Part shown: positions 19,798 to 29,593 of the stretch, piece after piece | Position numbering within the stretch: the stretch's first letter is position 1 | How the letters are laid out: each line of letters begins with the position of its first letter | IMG/VR virus record: IMGVR_UViG_3300013121_000029 | Span: 1-64,000 of that record | Strand: one strand, 5' to 3' | DNA: 64,000 nucleotides | DNA from: a virus | Taxonomy: Duplodnaviria > Caudoviricetes | Notes under the pieces: generated by a model | Told to the model about the DNA's origin: nothing | The model's database searches: none | What the model saw: only the letters and a program-made list of their open reading frames with translations | Translations under genes and position numbers: made by a program

Positions 19798-19845
19798 ATA
19801 TGTTACAGTAATTGACAATGATTATGAAATATGAGGTGAAACCAA
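19798..19845 (+). repeat. internally deleted copy of the dhfr 3' end
   Basis: 19798-19825 identical to 19188-19215; 19822-19845 matches 19310-19333 at 23/24. Confidence 0.85.
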
Positions 19846-19846
19846 C

Positions 19847-20035
19847 ATGAGCAATTTGTCGAAACACGATAGAGAGTTAGGAGTTCAAGCAGCAGCAAAA
19901 ATATTTAAAGGAACAGGAATAGGGGCAGCTTTGTTTACACGAAATGCAGATGCTATTGCACAATATTTAGCAACTGGGGAACTACCACCTGCCCCTACTA
20001 ACCGAAAACCTGTTGTCGATGAAGACAAGAAATAA
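19847..20035 (+). CDS. hypothetical protein (62 aa)
   Basis: GAGGTG RBS. Confidence 0.6.
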   Translation: MSNLSKHDRELGVQAAAKIFKGTGIGAALFTRNADAIAQYLATGELPPAPTNRKPVVDEDKK

Positions 20036-20044
20036 TAAATAAAG

Positions 20045-20368
20045 AATCAGATGAAGGCAAGACGAAAGTAGGCAAGACGCGAGTTCGAACCTCGCCATCT
20101 CCACCAAGGGATTTTCGTAAAGCCACAGGAACTCAGGACGGACATATATCTATCCTAAACATTATGTAAGAATGTTGAGCTGTGGGGGAAAGTCTTTTAT
20201 GGGGATGAATTGGAATCGATTGGTTACGAGTACTTTAGCTGGATGATCGGTTGGGAACCTTCCGTAATAGAACAAAAACTGTAAATGACGCAAATGAAGC
20301 GTTTAGTCTAGCTGCCTAAAAGGTAAGCATGAGTTTTATTGGTTGAGCTCGGAAACAGAATCAACCAA
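20045..20368 (+). ncRNA. ssrA: circularly permuted (two-piece) tmRNA
   Basis: Acceptor piece ends GACGCGAGTTCGAACCTCGCCATCTCCACCA (20106); coding piece starts GGGGATG (20201), giving a 7-bp acceptor stem with G3:U70; tag ORF 20287-20319 DANEAFSLAA*; outer ends approximate. Confidence 0.92.
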
Positions 20369-20875
20369 TGCTTTTTCAATATATATCCAATATTTTGTAC
20401 CATCGGGTCTGGATCTTTTTCTTCGACGTTTGGCTTTTTCTGATATTTTCTGTCGTACTTCTTCCCGATTCATAACATTGTTGCACCCTGTCCTATTAGG
20501 AAACTTTTTTCCTTTAGTGTTTCCAGGTTTTCCTTTTCTTGCGTTTGAAATTTTTTGACGTTGCTCTATGGACATAGGTTTTCCCTTATTTAAAGCTGTA
20601 AACCCTTTTTTTCGGCCCATTTTTGTATTATAATACCGTGTTCGAAATTCTGTTGGTTTAATTAATGCAATTAATCTTCGTTCTTCACGTATAGCATCTT
20701 GTTTTGTATCATATATTCTTAATATACGTCGTTTAAAATCTTGTGGTCTAAACAACACTTCCCCTGTAAACCACCGTGAAGATGAAATATAACCATCAGA
20801 AAGTTGTCCACTATGAGAACCAATGTAAAACATTTTTCTTACACGATCGAACCAAATATACACGAAATGAATCAT
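20336..20875 (-). CDS. GIY-YIG homing endonuclease (Seg-like, NUMOD3-type tail)
   Basis: FVYIW...FYIGSH.G...DGY..S, E..LI, YYN, GKPMS.EQRQKIS; GGAG before ATG 20875. Confidence 0.85.
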   Translation of the reverse strand: MIHFVYIWFDRVRKMFYIGSHSGQLSDGYISSSRWFTGEVLFRPQDFKRRILRIYDTKQDAIREERRLIALIKPTEFRTRYYNTKMGRKKGFTALNKGKPMSIEQRQKISNARKGKPGNTKGKKFPNRTGCNNVMNREEVRQKISEKAKRRRKRSRPDGTKYWIYIEKALVDSVSELNQ

Positions 20876-20952
20876 AAATTTTACTCCAAAATAATACAAA
20901 CTACTACTTTTGCTTTTAATGCGTGACTATTTAGTAAAAATATAAACAATCC

Positions 20953-20980
20953 AAAAAAGAGGAGTCAAATCCTCTTTTTT
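20953..20980. terminator. bidirectional terminator-like hairpin
   Basis: AAAAAAGAGGA-GTCAAA-TCCTCTTTTTT. Confidence 0.7.
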
Positions 20981-21001
20981 GTTTTATAAATAGTTAAGGA
21001 G

Positions 21002-21733
21002 ATGATATCTCTTATAACCATAAGGAAAATAATAATGAGAAAATACAACAATAATAATGACCCATCACAACAACAAGCTGTTCAAACAGACGCTCCTTAT
21101 ACATATGTAGAAAGTATGCTGGCCCTTAAAATTCATCACTTCTACCTCTCACAAAGCATTGAAGAACCAGAAAGATATATTGATATGATTCATAAAATCA
21201 AAAGCGCAGGTCCTGGCGAGACCATTTATATCTATCTTAATACTCCTGGCGGACGTTTAGACACAGCAATGCAATTAATTAATGCAATGCGCATTTCTCA
21301 AGCAAAAATTGTTACTGTTGTAGAAGCAGAAGCTCATTCAGCTGGCACATTAATCTTTTTATGTGGAGATGAATTTATTGTTCATGATAACTGCAGTATG
21401 ATGTTCCACAATTTCTCGGGTGGAGCAATTGGTAAAGGAAATGAGATGAAGTTGCAAATTGATGCAACAGTAAAATGGTTTAGTAAATTAGCTAAAGACA
21501 TTTATTATCCTTTCTTATCTCATCAAGAGATTGATGATATGATTAATGGAAAGGATTTATGGATGGAAAGCGAAGAAGTTCGCAAACGTTTAAAGAAAAT
21601 GGTGAAGATTCTTGTTGCTGAAAATAAGAAAAAAGAACAAGCTGCGCTTCAAATTATTAATGAAGAGGTAGTTGCTCAAGAAGGGGAAGAAACTCCTCCA
21701 CCAAAAAAACCTCGTAAGAAAAAAGGAGAATAA
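21002..21733 (+). CDS. ClpP-like protease subunit
   Basis: IYLNTPGG, AHSAGT (catalytic Ser), MMFHN (His), DLW; TATAAATA at 20985; alternative start 21035. Confidence 0.88.
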   Translation: MISLITIRKIIMRKYNNNNDPSQQQAVQTDAPYTYVESMLALKIHHFYLSQSIEEPERYIDMIHKIKSAGPGETIYIYLNTPGGRLDTAMQLINAMRISQAKIVTVVEAEAHSAGTLIFLCGDEFIVHDNCSMMFHNFSGGAIGKGNEMKLQIDATVKWFSKLAKDIYYPFLSHQEIDDMINGKDLWMESEEVRKRLKKMVKILVAENKKKEQAALQIINEEVVAQEGEETPPPKKPRKKKGE

Positions 21734-21758
21734 AAAAGGGCCGAAAGGCCCTTTTTTT
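21732..21758. terminator. bidirectional terminator between convergent genes
   Basis: AAAAAAGGGCC-GAAA-GGCCCTTTTTT. Confidence 0.9.
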
Positions 21759-22293
21759 ATGTGACAACCTGCCCTGTGACAACCTGCCCTTTCACATCAC
21801 AAATCTTTCTTATATCAATTTCGTTAAAGGTTATTGCATTAAACCCACAGCTAAATTCACCACCAACCAGTTTAGGTGCACCATCAATAGAATGTAAATC
21901 ATTATGACGACAATAAAAATCTCTCCCCACTTCGACAGGAGCACCCTTCAGTGTGGTAAGTTTATTAAATCGACAATCGAACTCACCTCCGACATATTTG
22001 GGACCATGTTCAAGTGATAAGATGTTATTAACAAAACAATAAAAGTCACCTTCAACATATTTGGGACCATGTTCAAGTGATGTTAACATGTTATTATTAC
22101 ATTTAAAATTACCTTCAATTGTACCAAATTTAACACCAAAGGAGGTTAATCCTTTATTTGATAAATCCACATTTCCTTGCACATGAACTAATCCACTATG
22201 CTTGCCAATGACATAATTTGTGATGCCATATTTCTTACACCATTCATGTATATGTGCATGGTCGGATTCAATAAGTAAGTCACTTAGTTTCAT
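21757..22293 (-). CDS. LRR-like repeat protein, type A copy 2
   Basis: Same 22-aa repeat; first 63 aa 61/63 identical to 3517..4038. Confidence 0.85.
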   Translation of the reverse strand: MKLSDLLIESDHAHIHEWCKKYGITNYVIGKHSGLVHVQGNVDLSNKGLTSFGVKFGTIEGNFKCNNNMLTSLEHGPKYVEGDFYCFVNNILSLEHGPKYVGGEFDCRFNKLTTLKGAPVEVGRDFYCRHNDLHSIDGAPKLVGGEFSCGFNAITFNEIDIRKICDVKGQVVTGQVVT

Positions 22294-22814
22294 TTATCTT
22301 TCCAAGCATTCCAATGACCGTGCTTGTGATTATCTACGACATATAATGTTACTTTAATTGGATACTTCTCATCGAAATTATCTTCGACTTTCTTATCAAC
22401 AATTTTCTTTGCTCCCCAGTGAACATCGCTAAACATATCTACTCTATAATCAGCAATAGAAATGTTTTTAGCTTGGATTACATACAACATATTGTAGCGC
22501 TCACCATTCGGAGCTTTACCTTCTTCTCCCACAAATTCAGACTTATATGGCTCTTCTTTTTTCGTAGGAATAACTGGCTCATCCTCTATTCCTTTATCAA
22601 CAGAAGAGCGATGAGATTTACGTTTACGAGATGGAATTAAATCAGCACGTTCCCAAGCATCAGGATCTGTCTGCCAATCTCCAGGACCGTATTGTGTTAT
22701 TTTTGATGCTTCATTAATGCCTTTTTTGAGAATATATTGTTTAAACACTTCTCTTGCCGCTTCATCGTTTTTATTGATTAGTTCGTCTACAATGGTACCA
22801 ATTTGTTCTTTCAT
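22290..22814 (-). CDS. hypothetical protein
   Basis: Likely start MKEQIG (22814) after AGGA and TAAATA. Confidence 0.65.
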   Translation of the reverse strand: MKEQIGTIVDELINKNDEAAREVFKQYILKKGINEASKITQYGPGDWQTDPDAWERADLIPSRKRKSHRSSVDKGIEDEPVIPTKKEEPYKSEFVGEEGKAPNGERYNMLYVIQAKNISIADYRVDMFSDVHWGAKKIVDKKVEDNFDEKYPIKVTLYVVDNHKHGHWNAWKDK

Positions 22815-22884
22815 GGGAGATTTCCTGTTTATTATATTTATACATATTGTTGTAACATCGTTTAATTTAACGTATAATTGAAGA

Positions 22885-23922
22885 ATGACGAATCTTGAAA
22901 AAATTATAAGACAGCATGTACAGCTTTCTAACCGTCCCAACGGTAAGGGATGGTTAACTGTGTTGTGTAGAGTTTGCAATGACCACGGTAAAAAAGGTAA
23001 ACGAGCTGGTTTTTTGTTTACTCCTATATCAGTGTCATATCATTGTTTTAATTGTGCACAGAAAGGTAATTATTCTCTTACTCAACCAAATCCTTTATCG
23101 GATGATATGGTTAAAGTGTTAAGATCATTTGATGTATCAGAAGAGGAGATACAACAAATAAATTTCGAAATATTGAACAACGCTGACAATAAAGGTACAG
23201 GATATAAGCCACAACTTTCAAATCCGTTAAATCTTGATATCGTCGAAGCTAGAATGCCTCCTAATTGTGTCCGTGTTGATAGTTTACCTAAAGACCATAT
23301 ATGGAGACAGATTGCTGAATTATATCTAACAGAGAGTAGGGGAATTGATCCTTCTTCATATCCTTTCTATATTGGGTTAAAATCTAACGAATACAAAGAA
23401 CTTTATAGTAAATGGGAAAAGAGATTAATTATCCCTTGTTACAAAGATAATAAACTAGTATATTTCGAAGGTAGGGATTTAACAGGTAAGCAACCTAAGA
23501 AGTATATAGGTGCTGACGTTCCGAAAAGTAATATGTTATATGGATTCGATCGTCTATATATAGATAAGGATAAACCCTTGTTTATCACGGAAGGTTTTTT
23601 TGATGCTCTATGTATAGGTGGGGTAGCTGTCTTTGGAAACGTACTATATAAAGAAGTAGTACATCATTTAAACAGCTCACCTCGAACCAAAGTGGTCATT
23701 CCTGATAGACAAGGTAATGGTTATAAATTAGCTCAGCAAGCTATTAAATTAGGATGGAGTATTTCCACACCTGACATTCCTTCCACGAAGGATATTAATG
23801 AAGCAGTGTTGAAGTATGGTAAGTTATATGTGATAAAAAGCATAATGGATAATATATACTCAGGTTTTGCAGCGGAAACGCATTTACGTTTCTATTGTAC
23901 TGACTCAATGAAAAAATCTTGA
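22885..23922 (+). CDS. DNA primase (T4 gp61-like)
   Basis: CRVC.D...HCFNC Zn finger, RLIIP, FEGR, KY, ITEG.FDA, PD..G, KDINE. Confidence 0.9.
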   Translation: MTNLEKIIRQHVQLSNRPNGKGWLTVLCRVCNDHGKKGKRAGFLFTPISVSYHCFNCAQKGNYSLTQPNPLSDDMVKVLRSFDVSEEEIQQINFEILNNADNKGTGYKPQLSNPLNLDIVEARMPPNCVRVDSLPKDHIWRQIAELYLTESRGIDPSSYPFYIGLKSNEYKELYSKWEKRLIIPCYKDNKLVYFEGRDLTGKQPKKYIGADVPKSNMLYGFDRLYIDKDKPLFITEGFFDALCIGGVAVFGNVLYKEVVHHLNSSPRTKVVIPDRQGNGYKLAQQAIKLGWSISTPDIPSTKDINEAVLKYGKLYVIKSIMDNIYSGFAAETHLRFYCTDSMKKS

Positions 23923-24851
23923 ACAAATTCTTGAAACTCTTTATTAGTTATTTCTGTAGTGATGCATTCTGTCCAACCTTTAAATTTTTGTAATGGGATG
24001 TGACGTTGATTATTTTTTAATATAAATTGTTCAAAGTTCCAAGCAATCCAAAGAGTAGTATCTATAGTAGTTAGCAATTCAACAGAATAGTATTTTTTAA
24101 ACGGAATGCATCTTTTGTTTGGATTATTAGAGATTCCGATTTTAAAAAAGTGTTCATTATTGGTTGTTAATTTAATAATATAAACTTTTGTGGTTTCTTC
24201 CTTAATCCAAGGTTGTGAATTAAATAATTGATTGTTATAATATCCTATATTTTCTTTGGCTTTATCTCTTGCACATTGTTGACATCCTGCTTTTTGAGCC
24301 CAATGTACATATGGTAGTTGTAGGAAAGTCCCATGCTTCTTACATATAATTTTTATTGGGGTTCTGTCGTTTACATATTCAACTTGACTGTAATCATATT
24401 TATCACCATGAGCTTCAATACATTTTTTGATAGTACTATCAGTTGTAACATGATGATTTGATGTACATTTGGAACATCCTTGACCGAGACTGTGATGATT
24501 TGAAGGAAGCATCCAAAAAGGTCCATGAATTTTACAATCAATTCGTATTTTTGTTGTATCATTGATATATACACTATTGTTGTAAATATAAATATCATTA
24601 TGTTTACGTCTAGATTTGTTGATAAAATCTTCTGTTGTTTGTTGCTTATTAGCGCACTTGGGACATCCTGTGGGATGATGTGAAGTAGCAATATGTTTCC
24701 CCGCAATGGTTTTAAAATCTCCATGAATGGGACATGTTACGATTACCTTATCTCCCCATCTTACATATATAGTTTTAGTATAAGTATATTTGTTATTATG
24801 TAATATATTAGCTTTTGACACGAAAGATTCGGTTGTCCATAGTTGTTTCAT
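23892..24851 (-). CDS. homing endonuclease with DUF723-type Zn repeats and C-terminal GIY-YIG/T5orf172-like domain
   Basis: Three HxxKYxY...CxxHG...GCxxC repeats; VYII...FFKIGIS...R...E..I; GWTEC. Confidence 0.8.
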   Translation of the reverse strand: MKQLWTTESFVSKANILHNNKYTYTKTIYVRWGDKVIVTCPIHGDFKTIAGKHIATSHHPTGCPKCANKQQTTEDFINKSRRKHNDIYIYNNSVYINDTTKIRIDCKIHGPFWMLPSNHHSLGQGCSKCTSNHHVTTDSTIKKCIEAHGDKYDYSQVEYVNDRTPIKIICKKHGTFLQLPYVHWAQKAGCQQCARDKAKENIGYYNNQLFNSQPWIKEETTKVYIIKLTTNNEHFFKIGISNNPNKRCIPFKKYYSVELLTTIDTTLWIAWNFEQFILKNNQRHIPLQKFKGWTECITTEITNKEFQEFVQDFFIESVQ

Positions 24852-24915
24852 AGAACGTAATAATATATAATTAATAAATACTATTTATAAGATAACATAC
24901 CATTGGATCCGATTA

Positions 24916-26805
24916 ATGAAAAAAACAACAAGTTATACAGATAAAGATATTAAAATATTGACCGACCGTGATCATAGCAGATTAAGAACGTCAATGTATC
25001 TCGGAAACATAAACACTCAGCAGGTTAAAATACCATTGTTTCACAATAACACATTAACTTTCGAAGAGGTAGAGTTTTCACCAGCAGTGTTTAAAGCTGT
25101 GGATGAAATAATAATGAACTCATTAGATGAATTTACCAAATGTGATTTTCAAAAAAATAAAGTATTAACATTAGACTATGAAAATGATGAATTTACAATT
25201 AAAGATAATGGCAGAGGGGTTCCAATCGGAAAACATTCTTCAGGTCCTTACACTCCTGAAGTAGTGTTTACAAGTTTTAAATCTGGTCGAAATTTCGATG
25301 ATGACACAAAACAAGTAGGAATTACAGGACAAAATGGAATTGGAGCAGCGGCAACAGCATTTACATCAGAATACTTTAAAATTGATATCAAGCGAGATGG
25401 AAAACATTATTCCCAATTATTAACAGAAGGAACTAATATAATCAACCCTCCTGTTATTAAATCTATAACTTCTCAATATACTGGCACTTCTATTTCATTT
25501 AAATTGGATTCTTCAGTTTATAAAAACATTAAAATTCCCGAAATATATTTTCACAATAGAGCAATAGAAATTGCATTGTGTAATCCAGGAGTGGCAGTAG
25601 AATATAAAAACAAAACGTACAAGTTCAAGAAAGGGTTTGAAAATATTATTGAGAAGATTTCAGACACGTATTTTGAATTTAGTGTTGAAAATGATCAAAT
25701 GCACGTGCAATGGTTTATTATTCCTTCGTTACACAAAGAATTGGATGAACGAATTTGTACATGGGTAAATGGATCGTATTTGTTCGACGGTGGATTATGT
25801 AATACACAATTTATGAATGCTTTTTCTGATAGTGTACTTGAACATTTACAACCTTTAGCAAAACGAGCAAAGATAGAAGTTACAAAGAATGATGTGAGAC
25901 AAGGGTTAACTATTATAGGAAACCTTAGAATTAAAAATCCACAATATGATTCACAATCCAAAACACGATTAACAGGTCCAAATTTAAGAAATGAATTTGT
26001 AGGTCTTCTTTCAGAACAGTGGTCCTTATTTGCAAGACGAAATAAGGTCTGGTTACAACAAATTCTTGATCGTGCTGCTGAACGTCATAATAAAGATGCA
26101 AACAAACAAGCAGAAAAGCAATTAGCTAAACAATCAAAACAAAAAATCGATAATTTACGTGATGCAACAAGCAAACGTAGACAGGATTGTATTTTGTTTA
26201 TCACAGAAGGGTTATCTGCTGCTGGTCAAATTACAGAAGTACGTGATCCTAATATTCATGCTATTTTTACATTGACAGGAAAAATTAATAACGTATATGG
26301 ATGTACTGTATCACAATTATTAAAGATGGAGAAATTATTAGATTTAATTGCAGCCGTCGGTTTAGTTCCTGGAAAAAAAGCTGATCGTTCTTCGTTGAGA
26401 TATGGACAACTTGCATTATCTACTGATGCCGATACCGATGGGGATGATATTGCTACATTGCTTGTAAATTTCTTTTATACCTTTTGGCCTGAATTATTTG
26501 ACCCCAAGCTTCCATCTTTTATTGTACGTCTAAATGCACCTAACGTTGTTGCAAGTAAAAACAACAAACGGGTCCATTTTACAACAATGGAAGAATTTAG
26601 AAAACATGAAGATAAGCACAAAGGATGGACAATTGAATATATGAAAGGATTAGGTAGTATGCATAAACAAGATTGGGAAATGTTACTGCAAAATTTCGAT
26701 AAGCATGTTATTCGATTTAAAGATGATGCTAACATGAAACAAACATTAGAATTATTATTTGGTCCAGATGCAAATAAACGTAAGGAATGGTTAACGAGGA
26801 AATAA
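24916..26805 (+). CDS. type II DNA topoisomerase ATPase/TOPRIM subunit (gp39+60/GyrB-like)
   Basis: EIIMNSLDE, DNGRGVP, GQNGIGA, ITEGLSA, DADTDG, KGLGS. Confidence 0.95.
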   Translation: MKKTTSYTDKDIKILTDRDHSRLRTSMYLGNINTQQVKIPLFHNNTLTFEEVEFSPAVFKAVDEIIMNSLDEFTKCDFQKNKVLTLDYENDEFTIKDNGRGVPIGKHSSGPYTPEVVFTSFKSGRNFDDDTKQVGITGQNGIGAAATAFTSEYFKIDIKRDGKHYSQLLTEGTNIINPPVIKSITSQYTGTSISFKLDSSVYKNIKIPEIYFHNRAIEIALCNPGVAVEYKNKTYKFKKGFENIIEKISDTYFEFSVENDQMHVQWFIIPSLHKELDERICTWVNGSYLFDGGLCNTQFMNAFSDSVLEHLQPLAKRAKIEVTKNDVRQGLTIIGNLRIKNPQYDSQSKTRLTGPNLRNEFVGLLSEQWSLFARRNKVWLQQILDRAAERHNKDANKQAEKQLAKQSKQKIDNLRDATSKRRQDCILFITEGLSAAGQITEVRDPNIHAIFTLTGKINNVYGCTVSQLLKMEKLLDLIAAVGLVPGKKADRSSLRYGQLALSTDADTDGDDIATLLVNFFYTFWPELFDPKLPSFIVRLNAPNVVASKNNKRVHFTTMEEFRKHEDKHKGWTIEYMKGLGSMHKQDWEMLLQNFDKHVIRFKDDANMKQTLELLFGPDANKRKEWLTRK

Positions 26806-28130
26806 TGAATACATCAGAATACATTGAACAACAACGAAAAAATTATGCTTTATATATTTTAAGCAGTCGTTCTATACCATCAATCACAGACGGTCTTAAA
26901 AGCGGTGCACGAAGATTAATGTGGCAAGCAAGAAACGGTCAAAAAGTAAAAAGTGCAACACTAGTGGGATTAACAATGCCGTTACATCCACATGGTGATT
27001 CATCATTAGAAACAGCAATTAATACGTTAGCTGCACCATACGGAAATAATTATCCATTATTAGATGGGATTGGAGCGTTTGGAACACGATTGGTGCCGAA
27101 TGCATATGGAGCTGCTCGATACACAAGTGTAAAGCCATCTGAGTTTGCAAAAGAGGCATTTTATGTAGATTTAGAATTGTTGCCTATGAAAATGAATTAT
27201 GACAATACTCTTGAAGAACCAGAACATTTCTTACCATTAGTTCCAATGTTTTTGCTTAATCCTGTAGAAGGTATTGCTATTGGGTTTTCTTGTGATATTT
27301 TTCCTCGTGCATTAGATGATGTAATAGAAACACAGTTGAAAATCCTCGAAGGAAAAGGACAACGTAACGAACCACAAATTACATTTACTCCTTTTCACAG
27401 TGTTTCAAAAGGTAAAAATGATCTCGGAAAATGGATATTTGAAGGTGAATTTAAGATTAGTGATAGTGCAACAGTTCATGTCACAAATTTACCGTTTGGA
27501 TTATCATATGATCAATTTATTAGTCTTCTTAACAAATTATATGAACAACAGAAAATAGTTGATTTCACAGATAAATCAAGAGACAATATCAACATTGAGG
27601 TTAAGTTTAAGCGTGGAGAGTTATTGAGATCTGATGCCAATGAATTCGTAAGGGATTTACTTAAATTACAAATTGCATTAACAGAAAACTTTAATTTGAT
27701 TGATTTCGATGGTAAATCTGTCATTTCTCCATCGTATTTCGACGTTGTTAAAATGTTTACAGAATGGCGTTTATCGTTCTATAAAAAGAGATTTGAATTA
27801 ATGGCCAAGAACTTAACAATTGATATTGAAAAACTACAAGATTTATTAATTGCTATTAAACACAATGCTGGCGGTGAAGCAGTTAAGAAAAAAGGTAGAA
27901 CTGAGTTTAAAGAGTATCTTGCTACATTAAAGATTAAACATCTTGATTACATCGCTTCTCTTCCTGTTTATCGTTTTACAAAAGAAGAAAAAGAGAAGAC
28001 AGAAAAAGAGTTAAAGGAATCTCTTGAAACATTAGATTCCTATAACCAAATTATTAAAAACAAAGAATTACAAGTGGATGTGTATAAGCAAGAATTGAAA
28101 AAACTTAGAAAGCAGTTTGTTACGGCTTAA
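26805..28130 (+). CDS. type II DNA topoisomerase cleavage subunit (gp52/GyrA-like)
   Basis: RSIP...DGLK...RR, HPHGD, GAARYT catalytic Tyr, GIAIGF; TAATG overlap. Confidence 0.95.
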   Translation: MNTSEYIEQQRKNYALYILSSRSIPSITDGLKSGARRLMWQARNGQKVKSATLVGLTMPLHPHGDSSLETAINTLAAPYGNNYPLLDGIGAFGTRLVPNAYGAARYTSVKPSEFAKEAFYVDLELLPMKMNYDNTLEEPEHFLPLVPMFLLNPVEGIAIGFSCDIFPRALDDVIETQLKILEGKGQRNEPQITFTPFHSVSKGKNDLGKWIFEGEFKISDSATVHVTNLPFGLSYDQFISLLNKLYEQQKIVDFTDKSRDNINIEVKFKRGELLRSDANEFVRDLLKLQIALTENFNLIDFDGKSVISPSYFDVVKMFTEWRLSFYKKRFELMAKNLTIDIEKLQDLLIAIKHNAGGEAVKKKGRTEFKEYLATLKIKHLDYIASLPVYRFTKEEKEKTEKELKESLETLDSYNQIIKNKELQVDVYKQELKKLRKQFVTA

Positions 28131-28350
28131 ATAACACTTCGCCATATCTACGATAAATGGTGAGAACAGCTTTTGCGATAGGAGCTGGTTTATCTTTTAA
28201 GAGGGCTTGAACTGCTACTTCAGCTAAAATTTCATCTAACGGAATGTTATTTTGAGGAATGTAACGCAAATTAGGAATCAATTCCATTGCTTCTTCAAAG
28301 AATTGTTTATAAGAATATTCTACTTTCGCGTTTGGATTACCGTACATCAT
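28120..28350 (-). CDS. hypothetical protein
   Basis: First gene of the minus-strand block. Confidence 0.55.
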   Translation of the reverse strand: MMYGNPNAKVEYSYKQFFEEAMELIPNLRYIPQNNIPLDEILAEVAVQALLKDKPAPIAKAVLTIYRRYGEVLFKP

Positions 28351-28398
28351 TTTAAAGTACCTTTATTGTATTAGTATATATGACTAAAAACAATAGTG

Positions 28399-29262
28399 TT
28401 ACTTACTATGTGTTTGTACTTGTTTATATACAGTGGTTAAGAAATGTCTCCATGCTTTTTTAAATTGTTCAGGTTGATCCTGATAATTTTTTAGTAACCC
28501 CATGTAAACAGAATTAAATTGATTTGATATAAAACGTACATCGTGAGTATGTGTTCGTAAAAAATGCAACGCTTTAATTACATCTCCTTTAAATTCATCA
28601 ATAAGAGAAGTAGCAGTAGCTGCAGCCATAGAATCTGCTTCATCAGAAAATCCTACGTAACGAGCATAATCCAATGTTGGACCTAATTTTTCACGTGTAT
28701 CTTTATCAGGATAATCACCACGTTTGATCTTGTTGTTCATCGAGGAAACTTTAGTTTTATATACACGTTCCTTCGAAATATCATTATTATTTGTGGTTAT
28801 TTGCTCTAAATGAGCTATTTCATGGACTAATCCTTCGAGGATTGGTCTAATGTTTTTAAGGAAGTTTGATTTTCCATCGATCTCATCATCATCCTTCTCT
28901 TCATAAAGCGTTGAAATAATTTTGTTAAGGAACTTATCCCCTAGCAACAATTCAATATCATCTGTTGCTGCAAAACGTCCTTTGTAATATACATTATCAA
29001 ACAAAGAAAATTTAAACTTGATGTTTTTTGCCCACATACCCTTTTCTTTATAATGATTGCGTAAGAATTCTGTAACCATTCTACTCATTTTTGGTAATGT
29101 GTATGTTTTGATTTCTGTTGGGAGAATGTGTTTATTATACCCTGGTTGTTCAACTATGTTCATACAGTCATAATAAAAATATCTGGACAACTGTGGCCAG
29201 ATATTTGTATATACCCAAGGTACTTTTGTGGATTCTGTAATGATTTGTTTAAGAAGATCCAT
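28399..29262 (-). CDS. putative HEXXH zinc metallopeptidase-like protein
   Basis: LVHEIAHLEQ and downstream Y....DEADS. Confidence 0.6.
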   Translation of the reverse strand: MDLLKQIITESTKVPWVYTNIWPQLSRYFYYDCMNIVEQPGYNKHILPTEIKTYTLPKMSRMVTEFLRNHYKEKGMWAKNIKFKFSLFDNVYYKGRFAATDDIELLLGDKFLNKIISTLYEEKDDDEIDGKSNFLKNIRPILEGLVHEIAHLEQITTNNNDISKERVYKTKVSSMNNKIKRGDYPDKDTREKLGPTLDYARYVGFSDEADSMAAATATSLIDEFKGDVIKALHFLRTHTHDVRFISNQFNSVYMGLLKNYQDQPEQFKKAWRHFLTTVYKQVQTHSK

Positions 29263-29287
29263 AGTTTACAACATCATATTGTACTAT

Positions 29288-29593
29288 TTATCCTTTTTCT
29301 ATTAACATCTCATATAAAACGTCATGTGGATTTACTTTATATCCAATTACTGATTTGATGAAGTTGTATTGATCTACTACAGTAATATCTACTAAAGTAA
29401 TATAAGGCATTTCATTAATAATTGTTTCCCACAAATATTCTTTAAATTTAGCAATTGTCTCAGTCGTTATAGGTTGTCCAAGAAACTGCATTACTGAATA
29501 ATTATAGCATTTAAATAGTTTTGATTCAATACCTAATAATTTTTTTGTTATAGGACGTGGATCTGTGTATACAATAGCTGTTATCGATGTCAT
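29288..29593 (-). CDS. hypothetical protein
   Basis: Overlap-coupled ORF. Confidence 0.6.
   Translation of the reverse strand: MTSITAIVYTDPRPITKKLLGIESKLFKCYNYSVMQFLGQPITTETIAKFKEYLWETIINEMPYITLVDITVVDQYNFIKSVIGYKVNPHDVLYEMLIEKG

Noticed and set aside
20076-20106. Stand-alone tRNA 3' half or attP-like fragment
   Set aside because: It pairs with GGGGATG at 20201 and a tag ORF follows, so it is the acceptor piece of a permuted tmRNA.
20107-20200. Hammerhead ribozyme in the tmRNA intervening segment
   Set aside because: Branched fold is present but the CUGANGA core is absent.
3517-22293. Diversity-generating retroelement behind LRR variation
   Set aside because: No reverse transcriptase in the window, and I found no template/variable repeat pair with adenine-specific differences.
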